DNA of 64,000 bases from Monosiga brevicollis MX1 (GCF_000002865.3 NW_001865082.1:5894-69893), one strand, 5' to 3'; shown: positions 37,420-51,362, numbered from the stretch's first letter. The notes: generated by a model not told the origin, from the sequence alone. Numbers and translations: made by a program.

Positions 37420-40400
37420 ATGGAGGTGTGACTTGCAGCCTGGCTCACGCTCCGCTGCGCTTTTTAGCAGGCCCGGAGCACGCGCGAGGCGCTTGGGAGC
37501 ACCCTGGAGGAGTCGCGACACCCTTCATCTGGGCATAGAAGTCTCACATGCTGCTTGCGCCATTGGCCTAAATAAGCCTGATGGCTGACGTGAGGCGCTG
37601 CATCCGCTCACCTCTGTGTCCACCCTCTTGCTGTCCCAGGCTTCCCTCATCGCCTGCTGTGGATTGATGTTGGACTGGGCTCAACTGGGCTCAACTGAAA
37701 AAAATAGGTGGCAGCCGTACCGCCCGAGGACGTGGCGCTTGGCCCCAGTATCAGCGAAGAGCCAGAGGCCCAAGAAGTTGTGGACAATGTACCCGTGGCC
37801 GAGGATGAGGAACTCGCTTCAACTCGTGAAGATGAGTATCTAGAGGGCTTTGATGCCGATGTAACGGTCATCGCCGAGGAAGATGAGGACGAGGCGCTCG
37901 ACGTGAGCTGTGAGAAAGAGACAGCCGGTCCCGTTGAAGAGCATCTCGAAGACCTGTTTGGTCCGTCCAAATGCGTTCTGAAAGGCTTGCATCCGCCCAG
38001 CAAGCGACATTTGACCTAAAGCGCAATCCTAACAGTAGACATGTGTGCATAGGGGATGAGACGACTGAAGTACACCCGTCCGTGGCGGCAGCTGCCGCCG
38101 CGCTGGCTGCCCATCAACTGGCGGAGGAGCAAGCCGAGGTAGTGACAGAGGACGACCACCTCAGCGTGGTCAGCCTCGACTTTCACGACGAATACTGCGA
38201 AACGGAACTTGAACTTGAATGTACGCCACTAGCTCTGCAGCACTTGTGACGCGCGCAGAACTGCACGGTCTCACGCTCAAAATGCCCGAATGTCAATCTG
38301 CTGACTTTCAGACTCGGACGCAGACACATACGACGACGATGATCCTCGCGAAGCCTACGAACACTTTTGTCGCACGGTACTGCCCGCCCTTGCCCCTACA
38401 TGCTCGCACACACCCGGGCAACACTGAGGCTGCGACTTTCAAAAGCGTCCTTTTGCTGAAACTCAAGCTTGCCGTTGCGACTACCCCTCGCCTCAAATAA
38501 AACAATCAGCACGATATTCCTCCACTTCGCGTGTACACGGACCAGTGCCAGGAGCCGTGCATTCGACTACACTACGTCCCCGTCAATCTGCTCCAGGCCC
38601 AGGGTTTGGCCGCAGCGTTTGCCGTGGCTCACTCCCTGACCGCCCTTGACCTGCAAGATTGCCAACTCAAGGATGCAGGTCTTTCCGCCATTCTGCACGC
38701 CCTTCAAGATCACAACGCTCTCTGCTACCTTGTATGTCCGATCCCGCATGGCGCAAGCTACCAATCACAATTTTGTTCCTGTATTTTTCCCGATGCCGCC
38801 GTTGGGTTTTCGTGGGCCATGCTTTGAGGCTTTGCGGCTTTTTGGTTTTTGCTCTTTTTCTGATTCTCTCTCCTCTCTCACGCATTCCAATTTCTGACCG
38901 CCGTGCAACTTAAAATAGGACATTTCGTGGAACTCAATTCGATCCGGCGCCGTCAGTGCACTCACCGACCTGCTGGCCAGCAGAGCCAGCCTGCAGACCT
39001 TGAAGATTGCCGGTGCGGACCCTTCATCTCACAACCTAGCTGGCACCCGCACGCTATCGTCACTTGATTGGAGCATCGCCTGACGCGACTTGGTCTCATA
39101 GGTTGTGGCCTGAACGATGCTCACATTGAAAGCCTGGCTGAGCCATTGTCCGACCATTCATCGTGCGTTCCGAAGATGTTTGCTCAAAAGCATGACATTC
39201 TTGATCTTCTCGATGAGATCTGTTGCCTTACCGAAAGTGAATCTGATGTATAGACTGCGCCACCTCGACTTGAGCAACAACCAGTTTGGCGATCACTGTG
39301 GCGTCAGTCCCCGTTTTTACTGTTTTGTTTGTTTTTGGTTTTATGTCTTTGTTGTTGGTGTTGGTGGTGGTGGTGTTGTTGCTGTTGTTGCTGTTTTTGT
39401 TCATTCGGACTCGTGCATGTGCGAATGCCCACCCCACCTCACCTCACCAGTGCCTTTGCTTGGATTGGAACCATGCCCTTTTGACTTACAACCCGGGTAG
39501 AAAGCGCTTGCCCAGATTACCAACTCGGACCTCGTGTATCTGGACCTGTCCTGGAATCAATTGCGTGATCGCACCGCCATTGAGACGGTTCACTCGCTTC
39601 GTAACAGCGTCACGCTCAAAGTGGTCAAGGTACAGCATTGAATTTTATATTCCCGTTTGACTGTCTTGGCCCATCCTCGCTCTCGCTCATGTCTTGGTCG
39701 CCTCTCCTTTTCAGTTGGACTGGAATGGCCTTGCTGATAGTGGAGGCCTGGCTGTAGCAGATTGCGTGCGCAACAACTCGTGCGTACTACTGCTGACCGC
39801 CTCGCCCATGGCTTCATCTTGTTTAGCGCCCAGCACAATCTTGCTCTCCCAGCTCTTCTTGCCGTGTGTTTTTCACATGTTCATCCAATCTTACGGCTTG
39901 GATTTACCGCGCTGCGTAGCACCATAGAGGAGCTCTCCGTGCGCGCCAATCGTATCTCGCGCGATGCCGCCGACGCAATTGCCAGTGTCCTCAAGAGCAA
40001 CACATCTTTGCACCGGCTGGATCTTTCCCTCAATCCGATCAACCTCAACGTGGTGGATACCCTTTTCGCTTCGATGAAGACAAATCGCAACTTGCAGTCT
40101 GTTTTGCTGGAGAAAGTTCCCATCTCATTCGAGGTCGGTCGATTTGGCGTGTCAATTGGCACTCACATGCTTTCTTTGCCTACAACCCCGACAACGAGCG
40201 CACGGCTCCTTATTCTCCTCGCACTACTTTGTCCTCTCCACAGCTTCGAGCTCAGCTGAAGAAAATGGTCACGCCTTCTGAAAAACTATCCTCGCTGCGC
40301 AACGAACTTGTTCGTCAGCCTCAAAGTACCTACCCTCGGTCCTTGGGACCCTACCAACCAGTTCACCATGTCTTGCGTACTTTCTTTGCTCTCTGTCTGC

Positions 40401-43239
40401 TCTGTTTTGTTGGCGCCTGCCTAGGCCACTAGCGAGGCAGAAAACATCAAGCTACATCAGGAGCAATGCTGCCTCAAACATTGGACGGCCTTGGAAAAGT
40501 CGCTGGAAGACCTGGGTAGCTCTAAAAGTACGTATCCCCCAAATGACATTGCAGATGCATGCAAGCCTTCTGCGCTTTTGGTCGTAAAATCTCAGTTGCA
40601 TTGCTTTTTGGCCGACTAGATGAGCTGCGCTCGGCCGTAGTGCAACTCCTGCAGCAATGCGTTCAGTCTGTGCGCTTATCCCACTCCGCCACCGAGGCCA
40701 CTGCAGCTCACAAAGAAGGTTTGCGGGCTCTTTTTGCACACCACCAAACCGCTTTATGGCTTCTGGCTTGCAAAACTGCCCGTCAGGCTGACCTACTCCA
40801 TTGCTTGACATGCCTTCTTGCCTCCATCCTGCCTCAGCTGAGGAGCTATGGCAAGGACTGCTCAATCTTCTTGAGGTACGGTGTGATGTTGGGAATAATG
40901 TCTTGATTTTGACCATCATCGCCCTCTCCGCGACCAATCCCTCATGCCGGTTTGATGCCTTGGCCTCCTCCCTTGTCGCATCGATATATCGACATTGTCG
41001 TAGCAATTGCCGACCGGCACTGCCGGTGAGTTTGGTTCCAGTCAACCCTTCCTTTCCCTTCCCCCAGGCGGCTCGTCTGCTTGTCAACCCGAATCTTATT
41101 GGCCCTGTTTCTCTCTCTTTTCCATCAAAATGTTTCTTTTTCTTTTACAGTCCGAGACTTTTGTAAACTGCAACGCAAGATGGATCCTCTCGCGACCGCG
41201 TCCTCCGTGAAGCTTTTGCAACCACGTCTACAAAGCTTGGCACGGGCTGCTGAGCGCGAAGCGGCTCAAAAAGCATACCGACGGCCCGAGACGTTTGGCA
41301 CCATGCCTGAAAAGACTGTGGTGCAGGAGGATTTGAGCGAGCAAGATGAGCTGCATGACCTTGTTGAGCACGGCGTCGAGGTTTGTTGCAGACCTGTCAT
41401 TGGCTCAATTGGAAGTGAACGTCACTCGTCGATGGTGCTCATGCGTGCTGGGCTGAGGCGCATTACAGCTTGCCAAACAACACGAGGCTGGTCTTGCGCT
41501 CTGGTTCGCCTCCATGGCGTACGTTCAGGCAGGTACTGTGAACCACCAAGCACAAGCCGCCGACATTGAGGCGAAAGAAACCTATGCCTCGGCCATGGGT
41601 CTCTCCCTTGAGGATGATGTGGTGGCACTCCCCGAAGGCACCCGTAAGTGCGCGTTATGGGAAGTGACAAACGGCAATAGGCGTCACTCAGCTTTGGCAG
41701 GTTGAGACGCAGCTGCTGGCTTGGCAAGACTCATGAAGCCCTTGTCTTGCTTTCACATAGATGAGCTTTCGGCTTGCATCTTGGCTGTGGAGGCCGTGCA
41801 GCGGGCTGTTGAGGAACACGTCCGATCACGCAGCCTCGAGGATGATTCGCAGGCCCTGCAGACCTTGGTTCGGAAATGCCTCATAGGTGGGTGTGACGAC
41901 CGCGTGCTGGCTTTGCGGGCCAGTAGGGGCGTGGCCGAAGGCTCTCACCTCGCCATCTTGTGCGATGCCTCGCTTATGATTAGACCACGCCCATGGACAG
42001 CTGAATGTGGAGGAGCTGACATCCATCCTCGTGGCGTTGGGAAAAGCACGTTACCGGGCCAACCACGCCGGCAGTATGTATTGTTCTCGAGACCAGCCGC
42101 TCTGTTATCGTCATGGATGACAGTGCGAGCAAGCCGAAGAGTGTAGTGCAGTACTGATGCGAACCATCCTGCGTAGAGCAATATGTGCAAAACGTTGAGC
42201 AGCGCGTCCGAACCATGAGCGACAAAGTCGTGCAGCTTCGAAATGATGTTGGTTTCGCTCAACCGTCCCATGCTTGTTTTCGCGGCCCGGCAAGCCTCGC
42301 GTTTGAATACATATTGTGCTTGAAGTGCCATTTCTTCGCCCCGAGCAGGCCTGAAAGGACTCACCTTTGGCATCTTGCCACACACCCGTGTCCAACAGGC
42401 CGATGAAACACTTGAAGCGGACATGGATGAAGGCCTGCGACCCGACCTGGAGGTCGTCGTCGACGATCACACTGGCGGCGACTTTGTGGGCAAGGATCCT
42501 TGGCGGGTAGTTGAGGAATTCATCGAGCGACACAAGGTTGGGCATTAATTGCTTCCCGCAACCATGCTTGAGGCGCGGCTCTGGGGCGCAGGCACTGTCG
42601 CGATGCTCCAATATACACGTGCGATGCCCGCGCTCTTTGGCTTTCCTGACTGGCTACCCCGTGCTTGGGTGCGTGTAGTTGCGTCTAGCCGACCTGTTTC
42701 GGCGCTTTGACAAGGACGGCAACGGCACGCTTTCGCCAACCGAAATCCGCCAGGGCATTGCAGTGCGTGAGCATGCGACAAATGGACTGCTCGATGTGCA
42801 CAAAGATGTCTTCACGCTCATACATGTTGCCTGTTCACTGGACTTGCTCTTGTGCATGATCTAGGAGAGTGGCATGCAGCTAGCTCCGGAACAGATTGAG
42901 GACATGATTGAGGAATTGGACCGTGATGGTGATGGAAATGTAGACTACCGCGAGATGGATGTCACGCGCCGCATTCGCAAGACTAAAATGGCCAACGAAT
43001 TTTATCAGGTATGATGTGATACCCACGCTGACTCGCGCGAACAGATATCGAGCAGCACCTCACCGGGTGTGCCCTGTGGCCACCTCGCGCCGCGAGCACA
43101 GAAGGTTGGCAAGCTGCAAGCTACCCCTTTTGGTGATAATTCTGTAGTACAAGATATTATGAAGACAATGGCCTCGGACATCGTGGGCGTGACGGGCGGC
43201 GGTATCCATCTGCGCCGCAGGTCCTCTGTAGCCAGCTAG
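37420..43239 (+). CDS. RNI-like leucine-rich repeat protein with C-terminal EF-hands (LRRC74-like)
   Basis: Acidic N-terminus; LRRs LTALDLQDCQLKDAG, DISWNSI, LRHLDLSNNQFGD, LDLSWNQL, LDWNGLADSG, LHRLDLSLNPI; EF-hands LADLFRRFDKDGNGTLSPTEI and ELDRDGDGNVDYREM. Start and some internal exons uncertain. Confidence 0.85.
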
Positions 43240-43621
43240 CAGATGGATTATATTCAGCTAGCAGATGAACTCTCTTTATTCTGCTTGTTCTGGAACTTCT
43301 CATCCGCCGTATGCAAGCCCTAACCGAATCTTCTTAGCTGTATTGTCATGAGTGAGAGTGCACCTGTCGTCCAATGGTGTCAATGCCGAGGAAAGGTGCA
43401 AGTCACGCGCTTGCTTGATGTCGCAACCCTGATGGCTTCCTTCGCGCCGAGTATCACGACTGGTGAATCGATTTGCTTTGAAAATTTCACACCCAACCTG
43501 AGGGGAAAAAAATCTTGCTTTGGACATTTTATCCACATGCCAACGCTGCCCAGCATGACTTTTGCAAATATACTTTTTCAAATAAAGCCTAGTCGTCGAG
43601 GTCTGGCACGTGGTGCCCGGA

Positions 43622-45249
43622 TCAAACTTGATCTACGCTCAAGTCCTCACCCTCGACGGCCGACAGCATGTTGGACAGTTGCGTGGCGCGCTTGGCTTGC
43701 AACACAAGGCGCTGCACACGACGCACGGCCGAGTTCAGCGACGTCCTAACCGACAAAAGTTTGTGCCACACAGCCGAAGTAAGCCACCAATCGTAGAGCA
43801 AAGCCGAGGGAGGCGGGACCGGCATGCGCACCTGGACGGCGCCTCTGACATGTCATCTAGAGCCTGAAGTAGATACATGGGGACACGGCCCTCTTTGCCT
43901 AGCTTGGTGACGCATTTGGCCATTCTATAGAGGATCCGCAATTGGGTTTAAGTTGGAGATGAAACCCAGACTTGCTATTTTTCAGGCGATACGCGCGCTG
44001 CCTAAGCCTCCTGACTCATCTGCGCTTCCCGCCATACGTATGAGATACAAGGTCTATGGCATCCACTGCAACATACCGAGTTTCGTTGTCAATCTCAAGC
44101 ACCCGCAGCGGTTGATTGGCTCGTAGGGAGAGTTCCTCCGAGCTCACAGCCGTGTAATCACCCAGGGCCTGTCAGTGGGCATGCCGAAAGACACAACATC
44201 AAGTCGTATCTCGTGCTCTAACAACTTTGCGTGCAAAAGGCATGGCTTACCCGGTGAGTCACCGCGGGAAACTCAGCCTGCAATGAGTCACGGCGTCGCT
44301 GACGCGGGGGAGGTGGTAGATTCCCGTTGTGGGTTGATGTGTCGCTGAATGTTTCCAAGGCGGTGTAAATGGGATCGCCCTCATTGCGAGACCTGAGCTC
44401 AACGCCCAAATTTAGCACATTGGGCACACCACTGAGCAAATTTACATCACTGGTGCGTCGGGAATGGGGTGGTGATTGGTAGATGGATGCGGTGCTCTGC
44501 TGTCGGCTATCAAACCACCGAAGCGCCTAGAGCGGTTGTGCATTACATAAGCAGCAAGGAGAGAAGGATAAGCAAGCTTGTCTCGACTGCTGCAACCCAG
44601 TGCGCATTCGATAGAAGGTGCCAAAAGGCAACGCCTGCACAGGCCATCACACATTGCGATTACCTTGTAGGACTTGCGAACGCAGAAGTGATATCTGCTT
44701 CGTGCATACTGGATTAGCAGAATGGTACAAACCACCAGCACCACGGCAGACACACTGGCCACTGCAATGTTGCTGGCACGCCGTCGTTCGTGCGTACTCG
44801 TGGGGGACGTGCTTTGCTCAAGATCCAGGGCTCCACGAAGGATCACAAAGCTTGAGCGTACATCCAGATTCGTCGCTGGCATGAAATTGCCGCTGAGATC
44901 AGCTACCATGGGGCCGCGGGCGCTCACCTCCAGCTGAGCTCCACCTATAAAAGGTACGGATATGTGCAAAGAAGAAATGATCAGAGTCAGTCAGTTGGTT
45001 CGTCTGGTGTGAAATACTCGCGTGACGCTCAGAGTCTTCGTGCATAGCCGAACCGGATGTGCGCTGCAGCAGCAACTGCTGTAGCTGCAGATTGACTGTG
45101 CTGTCCAGCTGTAAGATAACCTCACTGCCCCAGAACATCGGATCCTCCTGCACAATCACCCCATCGGTGGGTAGGACAAAGCTTTCATTCTGCATTATAG
45201 AGAGCGTTGGCGGTCATGAACTGTAACTTGCATGCGCTGACGGGGGGAA

Positions 45250-45282
<33 letters not shown>

Positions 45283-48200
45283 AAAAATTTCCCGGGGGGA
45301 TTTNNNNNNNNNNNNNNNNNNNNNNNNNNNNNNNNNNNNNNNNNNNNNNNNNNCACAAGTTCACGGGCGTGATGTCCAACGTACTGTCGGGTCAAACACC
45401 AGGGCTGAGACGTCCAAGGTACTCAGCTGTACTGGTTCGCTAAACTAAACGAAGGGATTGAAGGCCATGCCGCCGGCAATACATTGTGAGGCAAACTACG
45501 TGTGACGTGAGGTGCGTCTGCGCATGGGATGGAGATTCACGTACTGAAACAAAGAGGCGCTTTTTGCTAGGAATAAACTCAAAGCTGCGCCATTGCGGAC
45601 CCTGAACATCGGGCTGGATCTGAAGTGCCACCGTAGCTTTTCCATTGTCCACTCCAAAGGCGTTGGCTACCAGACCTAGGTGAGGCCCCAGGTGGCGTGT
45701 GTAAGTGAGCGAGGGGATGCACTTGCACTCTCGACAAAGTAAAACACTACTCATCGAGCCTGAGGTTTAAAGTCTGACAGGCTCGATGCTGACGGACCTT
45801 CGGGAATGTGCAACACCGAGCTCGGCTGGGAGTTGAAGGCTAAGGAAGAGAACCAGGCATTGCATTGCTGGATGAGAGGGCAGCAGGTCGACGGTGCCAG
45901 CGCGACGAGGTGGCTGAAGACACAGACAAGACTCAAAATTCTTGCCGCAAGGAGGCCCTGACCTCCAAGCTTGAACCAACTGGCTGCCGAGTTGGAAAGG
46001 GGTATCAGGAGCCGTGTGTCGTTGTACATAGAGGCCAAGTGTACGGGGATGGATGCCGTGTCTGAGATGGCCACAAACTCTATCTGTAGACGTAAAGTGG
46101 TGCCTTCAAGCTGGCTGGGGCGGGTCAGATCCAACACGATGGTATCCGTGCTCAAGTCGAGCCAAGCCCTTGAGACGCGAGGCCGAACAAAAGCAGCGCT
46201 CGGCACGTCGAGAGACTTGGTGACGTGGCGGTTAGCCACGCCTTGGCGCGACATGACCAGCTTGTCATGAAGCATTAGACAGATGGTATCCATGGGCTCG
46301 GTGCGCCACAGATAAGCAAAGGCTTCCGCTGAGTGCAACAGGAGTTGTGCGGCACGTTGCTTTGTAGGCACCAATGACCACGAGTTTGTGGCTTGCGGGG
46401 CACTTGTAGCCGTCAGGCAGCTGCGCCAAAACAGCCATCGGTGCTGCGTGAGCACCATCATGGCTGTGCCTCGCCATCATAGCATATCCGAAGACCAAGG
46501 CTGACGTCGGAAAAGGTAGCGAGGAGGGAATAAAGACGATGCAAATGCAGTTGACTTGCCTGCCGTGCTGCAAAGTGATGATCCAGTCGGATGAGTTTGG
46601 CACGACGGGCTGGGACCAGCTCAGCGTGAGCGCAAGGGTTCGTTGCAGCTCGTTCTGCTCCGCACTAAGTGTGGCGTTGAGCAGCTGTCAATGGCGTGAC
46701 GAGCAACGCAGATTAGAGCCATGCAAACGGTGCGGAAAATTGATGTGGGAGAGTGGAGAAGCAGTGAGCATGCAGGTGATGGAGACACGCTTGTTTGAGC
46801 TGAAAGCCCGTATGCCACTTGCCTCAGGCAAACGGGGCTCCGGCACCACTGTAGTGGTGGCAAAGGCTTGCCAGGCTGATGGGGCAAGCCACGAGGTTAC
46901 AAGAAGCCACGTGCTACTTGTCTCAAGTCCTACCCGACCAATGGCGAGCAGGGCTTGTAGCTCGTCTTGGCTTAAGGGCGTCCATAATCCCGTCGCCTCA
47001 GTTTCATCGGGTCGCCAGGTGCGTGGAGTCACGAGTTGAACGGACCGGTGGTCTGCTGCCGTGACTGGATCTTCTGACAAGCGGAAGCGAAGGCGGTTCA
47101 GCTGCTCAGCTGCCAAATCATTGGACTGGCTCGTAAGCCGCAGGCGCTGCGCGGTGAGGTCAAGCGAAATGGCACTGAGCGCGGGCAGGAGTGTAGAGGG
47201 CAACTCGCCAGCGCTGGCGTAAACAGCGGTCGGAGAAATTGAGCCCGGCAGATAGGTGGTCATGGCTCGAGCCAGTGGCGCATCGTGAGGACTGGGTGCG
47301 GCCAACAACCACAAGCCGGGCGCGCCATCGCTGAGGGAGAGCCACTGCCGGGCCTGGTTGGCAGCATCAAGGTGTAGGGCTGCCTGCCATAGCTGCGGGG
47401 TTGCTGTCAGGACGCTGGCATTGCTCTGCAGGTTGAGGCCATGTTGTATGTCACTTGTTTCAGTCGCTGCCAAAAAGAGCTGGGACCAATCGAGCGCTGC
47501 CCAGCCTGGCATAGGCTGGAGCGTCAAGACCCCGAGCTGCTCTTGATAAGAGGCTTGGACGCTAAGTGTGGACAGCTGTGGCTGAAGCAGATTCAAGGCC
47601 GCCGTCCTAGCTGCGGCTAGGAGGTTGCGACCAGTACATCGTGGGGGATGACCGAGGTGAGTCAATTACTATTTTGGCTATTCGATCAGGTACACGAGCA
47701 ATGGCGTTGAAGGGCTCGAAATTAGAGCGGAGCGCTGTCGCATACCTTCAACGGCGACCGTGACATTGGCTAAACCACTGCTCAGCTTGACCAGTGGGGT
47801 GTCGACACAGTGGGCAACATCGAGCTGCTGGGAAGAGCCCAAGCTGAGTGCCTGTGCCAAGCGCTCGGGCGTTATGATGCGAAGCTGCAGTGTTGTGCTC
47901 CAGGTTATGCTTGGGGGATCTGGATTCACTGGAGCAGCCAGGGTCAGGGAGACGTGATTGAGCTGAGCAATGCAGGACGTCGCGCTCCAGTGGAGTGGTC
48001 CATTGGCGGATAGGGCGACATCGTAGCCCCCATCCATGCGCAGTATCAGTTTGGCCGTGGTATGAGCTGGCGTATCGTGCCAAGTGAGCGTGGTATTTTG
48101 CCACGTGCCAGTCGGCCAACCCAGACAGACGGTTAGATTTGTAGATGGTGCTGCAGCGGTGTCGATGAGCTGAGACCAGAGCGTGATGGTATCCCATTGC

Positions 48201-48478
48201 ATGCGAGCCAGCAGGGTCGTTGAGTCCAGGGCGGTGGGAGCCGCCAAGTGCAGGTCATGTTGTTGCTCTGGTGGGGCCCCGGTGCCAGGGGAGGGGCAAG
48301 CCTGCAGACTCAGCAGGAGCGAAAGAGAGTCGCCCGCGCCGGCTGCAAGGACCGTTTCATCGTGCACCAGCTGCACTATACCGGCAGGCCAAGCAACATG
48401 CAGCTGAGCGGCGCACTGTATGCTGTTGTGAGTCAAGAGCACCAGCCACAGCAAAACCTGGAGACCCGCAGACTGCAT
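43622..48478 (-). CDS. Large single-pass membrane protein with a cytoplasmic SH3 domain
   Basis: Signal peptide MQSAGLQVLLWLVLLTHNSIQC; long beta-rich ectodomain over several exons (includes a gap); TM IAVASVSAVVLVVCTILLIQY; tail with PIYTAL, LPPPPR and SH3 ALGDYTAVSSEELSLRANQPLRVLEIDNETR|MAKCVTKLGKEGRVPMYLL. Confidence 0.8.
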
Positions 48479-49124
48479 GGTCTTGGTTGTGCGACACAAT
48501 TGGGAAGGGGGCTTGCCAAGAAGTGTGGAGACAAGGCAGATGGGATGGCAAGCCAACCGGTATCAAGAAGTTGGATGCCTTCAGAGGTGGTCCAGCCACT
48601 CGTGGGCTGTTCAGATATTCAGGGCCTGGTTGCTGGCCGAGTTGCATGGACAAGCCATACGCAACCCACAACCTTGGAGCAAAAGGGGCTCAGTCAAGGT
48701 TGACATGTGATTTGTGCGCGGCGATTATGTTTGCATCTGGACGCTGCTTGTCGCAGCAGCAGCTCTGCGATGGACGGGACAAAAGAACCGTGCAATGGTG
48801 TTCTCGTAACGATATCCTTTTTGTTGTCGTTGTTGTTGTTGTGACTGTTGTTATTTGTGCGACAGATCCCTTCACACCATCCCAAGCCTCCATGGCACAT
48901 GAAGCAAACAAGCCACCAGCGCTCTCCCACCAAGCCAGCCCGTCCCAACGCCACCAACACGCTTGCGATGCGCCAGCGCGCCGAGCGTCGCGATCGTGCT
49001 CGCGGACACGCGTTTCCATGCTGACAATTCTCGAAAGATCTTTGGCTGTTCAGAACAGGTGTTGACTACAACTTGTGAACCAAGTCAGGGGGACCAGTCT
49101 CTTGTTGCCTGGCTCGCTGTCTGG

Positions 49125-49159
<35 letters not shown>

Positions 49160-49392
49160 TCCTGGCTGGCCCGCTGTCTGTCCTAGCTAGCTGTCTGGCT
49201 GTATACCACAGGCGTTGAAAGGTTCCAAGGATGCTATTGAGATGCTAGCGAATTTCGCAGCACAGATGACGCGGTCTATGGCGCGTTGTGTGGCGCATGT
49301 TCATTCATCAAGAGTCGATTATTCGAAAGTGTCAGGGAATAGCATGTAAATGAATAGGGTATCGGCAACGACAAAGGGGCATGAGCGTGCGG

Positions 49393-50394
49393 CTACCAGT
49401 TGCTCAACTCGTCGGCATCGGCGAGGTCAGCCTCTTGCTCCAGCAAGAGGAGACGGTCAAGCTCAGCATCGTCCACCAGTCCATTGGTCTGGTCTGCGTC
49501 CTCCCCTTCATCGGATTGCTTTCCAGCAACCACGGGCGGGTCATGCCGGCCGAGGGAGCCACCCACGTCGACCTGGAGCCGGAAGTTGGCCAACGAGTCG
49601 GAGCTGGCGGTGCGGGACAGGCCGCTGTCGGGTGCCGGGCGGTCTGTCTCGGGATCAGAAAGCTGGCCATCGTCATCCAAGGGCAAGGTTTGCAGGGTCA
49701 TTAAATCATGAGCTGCTGCCTGGTTAGTCTCATCCCCATCAGTTGTGAGTGGGTCGGCCAGGGCACTAGATCGCTTCGGGGTAGAAGCACGCAAGGTCGA
49801 GCTTGACTCGAGGATAAAAGTGGTCTCGAGCGGATTGTCGCTCTCTATCATTGATCGTTCGTTCGCATCCGCTGCTTCGTGCTGGCGATCGTCATCACCC
49901 TTTACATTGCCCTCAGCATACGCATGAATCGTCGGTGTGGCATCACGCTGCTCTTTCGTGACAACAGCTTCGGGAGTCTGGGGTGCCGCGTTTGCGTCCG
50001 AGTCCATCGTGGCGTCGGTGTCCAGTCGTGGTTGACTCGCATCCACGACGGGGCGAATGAGGTCATCGGCCTCATCGCACACAATGGCGTCAACGGTCGT
50101 TGAAGAGATGGTGCGATTCATGCCCAGGGTAGCGTCGTCTGGCAAGGCCGACGCGTCAAAAGTGGTTGTGCTACTCTGAGCTGTGCTGTGCGTGTCCTCA
50201 CGGTGCTTTGACAGCCCAGACGATGGCAACGCTGCAACATCGGTCTCGGCATCTATAACAGCCGCCGCAGACGCCTGGGATGACTGCACTGGCATGGAGG
50301 CGGAGTTGCTGTGACCTGGCTCAGGGACGGGATGCGTCGGCGCGTTGGCGGACGACGACCGAACCACTGCCGCCGTCGAGCTTCCACAACCCAT
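49393..50394 (-). CDS. Acidic disordered protein with N-terminal MGCGSS myristoylation/palmitoylation motif
   Basis: 333-aa ORF beginning MGCGSS; D/A/S/T-rich; helical acidic C-terminus. The 3' end might splice further. Confidence 0.75.
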   Translation of the reverse strand: MGCGSSTAAVVRSSSANAPTHPVPEPGHSNSASMPVQSSQASAAAVIDAETDVAALPSSGLSKHREDTHSTAQSSTTTFDASALPDDATLGMNRTISSTTVDAIVCDEADDLIRPVVDASQPRLDTDATMDSDANAAPQTPEAVVTKEQRDATPTIHAYAEGNVKGDDDRQHEAADANERSMIESDNPLETTFILESSSTLRASTPKRSSALADPLTTDGDETNQAAAHDLMTLQTLPLDDDGQLSDPETDRPAPDSGLSRTASSDSLANFRLQVDVGGSLGRHDPPVVAGKQSDEGEDADQTNGLVDDAELDRLLLLEQEADLADADELSNW

Positions 50395-50590
50395 GTCGGA
50401 TAATCACGATCAGATGAACGTGTAAAACGAGCACAAGATGCTTGCCTCTTCCACACACCTCCTCTTGCTCAACGACCAGACATTGAGCAAACACCCATCG
50501 ACCGCCACCGCCACCACCGCCCCCACAGATCCAACAAAGTCCGATATGATGATGAAGATGAATGACCCTTGACGCGACCACCTAAACACC

Positions 50591-50662
<72 letters not shown>

Positions 50663-50990
50663 GCNNNNNNNNNNNNNNNNNNNNNNNNNNNNNNNNNNNN
50701 NNNNNNNNNNNNNNNNNNNNNNNNNNNNNNNNNNNNNNNNNNNNNNNNNNNNNNNNNNNNNNNNNNNNNNNNNNNNNNNNNNNNNNNNNNNNNNNNNNNN
50801 NNNNNNNNNNNNNNNNNNNNNNNNNNNNNNNNNNNNNNNNNNNNNNNNNNNNNNNNNNNNNNNNNNNNNNNNNNNNNNNNNNNNNNNNNNNNNNNNNNNN
50901 NNNNNNNNNNNNNNNNNNNNNNNNNNNNNNNNNNNNNNNNNNNNNNNNNNNNNNNNNNNNNNNNNNNNNNNNNNNNNNNNNNNNNNNNNN

Positions 50991-51113
50991 TTCTTTTTCT
51001 TCTTCATCTTCTTCTTCATCTTCTTCTTCATCTTCTTCTTCATCTTCTTCTTCATCTTCTTCTTCATCTTCTTCTTCATCTTCTTCTTCATCTTCTTCTT
51101 CATCTTCTTCTTC
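50991..51113. repeat. 12-bp tandem repeat (TCTTCTTCTTCA)n; (CT)n at 50594-50656 on the other side of the gap
   Basis: Directly visible. Confidence 0.95.
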
Positions 51114-51228
51114 TGCTGACCATGATAGACGGCCAGGTGGCAGTGTGAGTCAGTGCTGGTGGCCAGTACGTACATGTAGTTCAAAGTAAAATTTGAGTGG
51201 CGAGGGGGGCTTGGCATTGCTCAATTAA

Positions 51229-51260
<32 letters not shown>

Positions 51261-51362
51261 CGGAAATGGAAAAGGTTGTCGAGGCGATGCGCGCCATCAT
51301 CGCTTGATCAATCGCCTGCTTGGTCTTGCCGATTCGAGACCTGCCGTGCGATCGATCGCATT

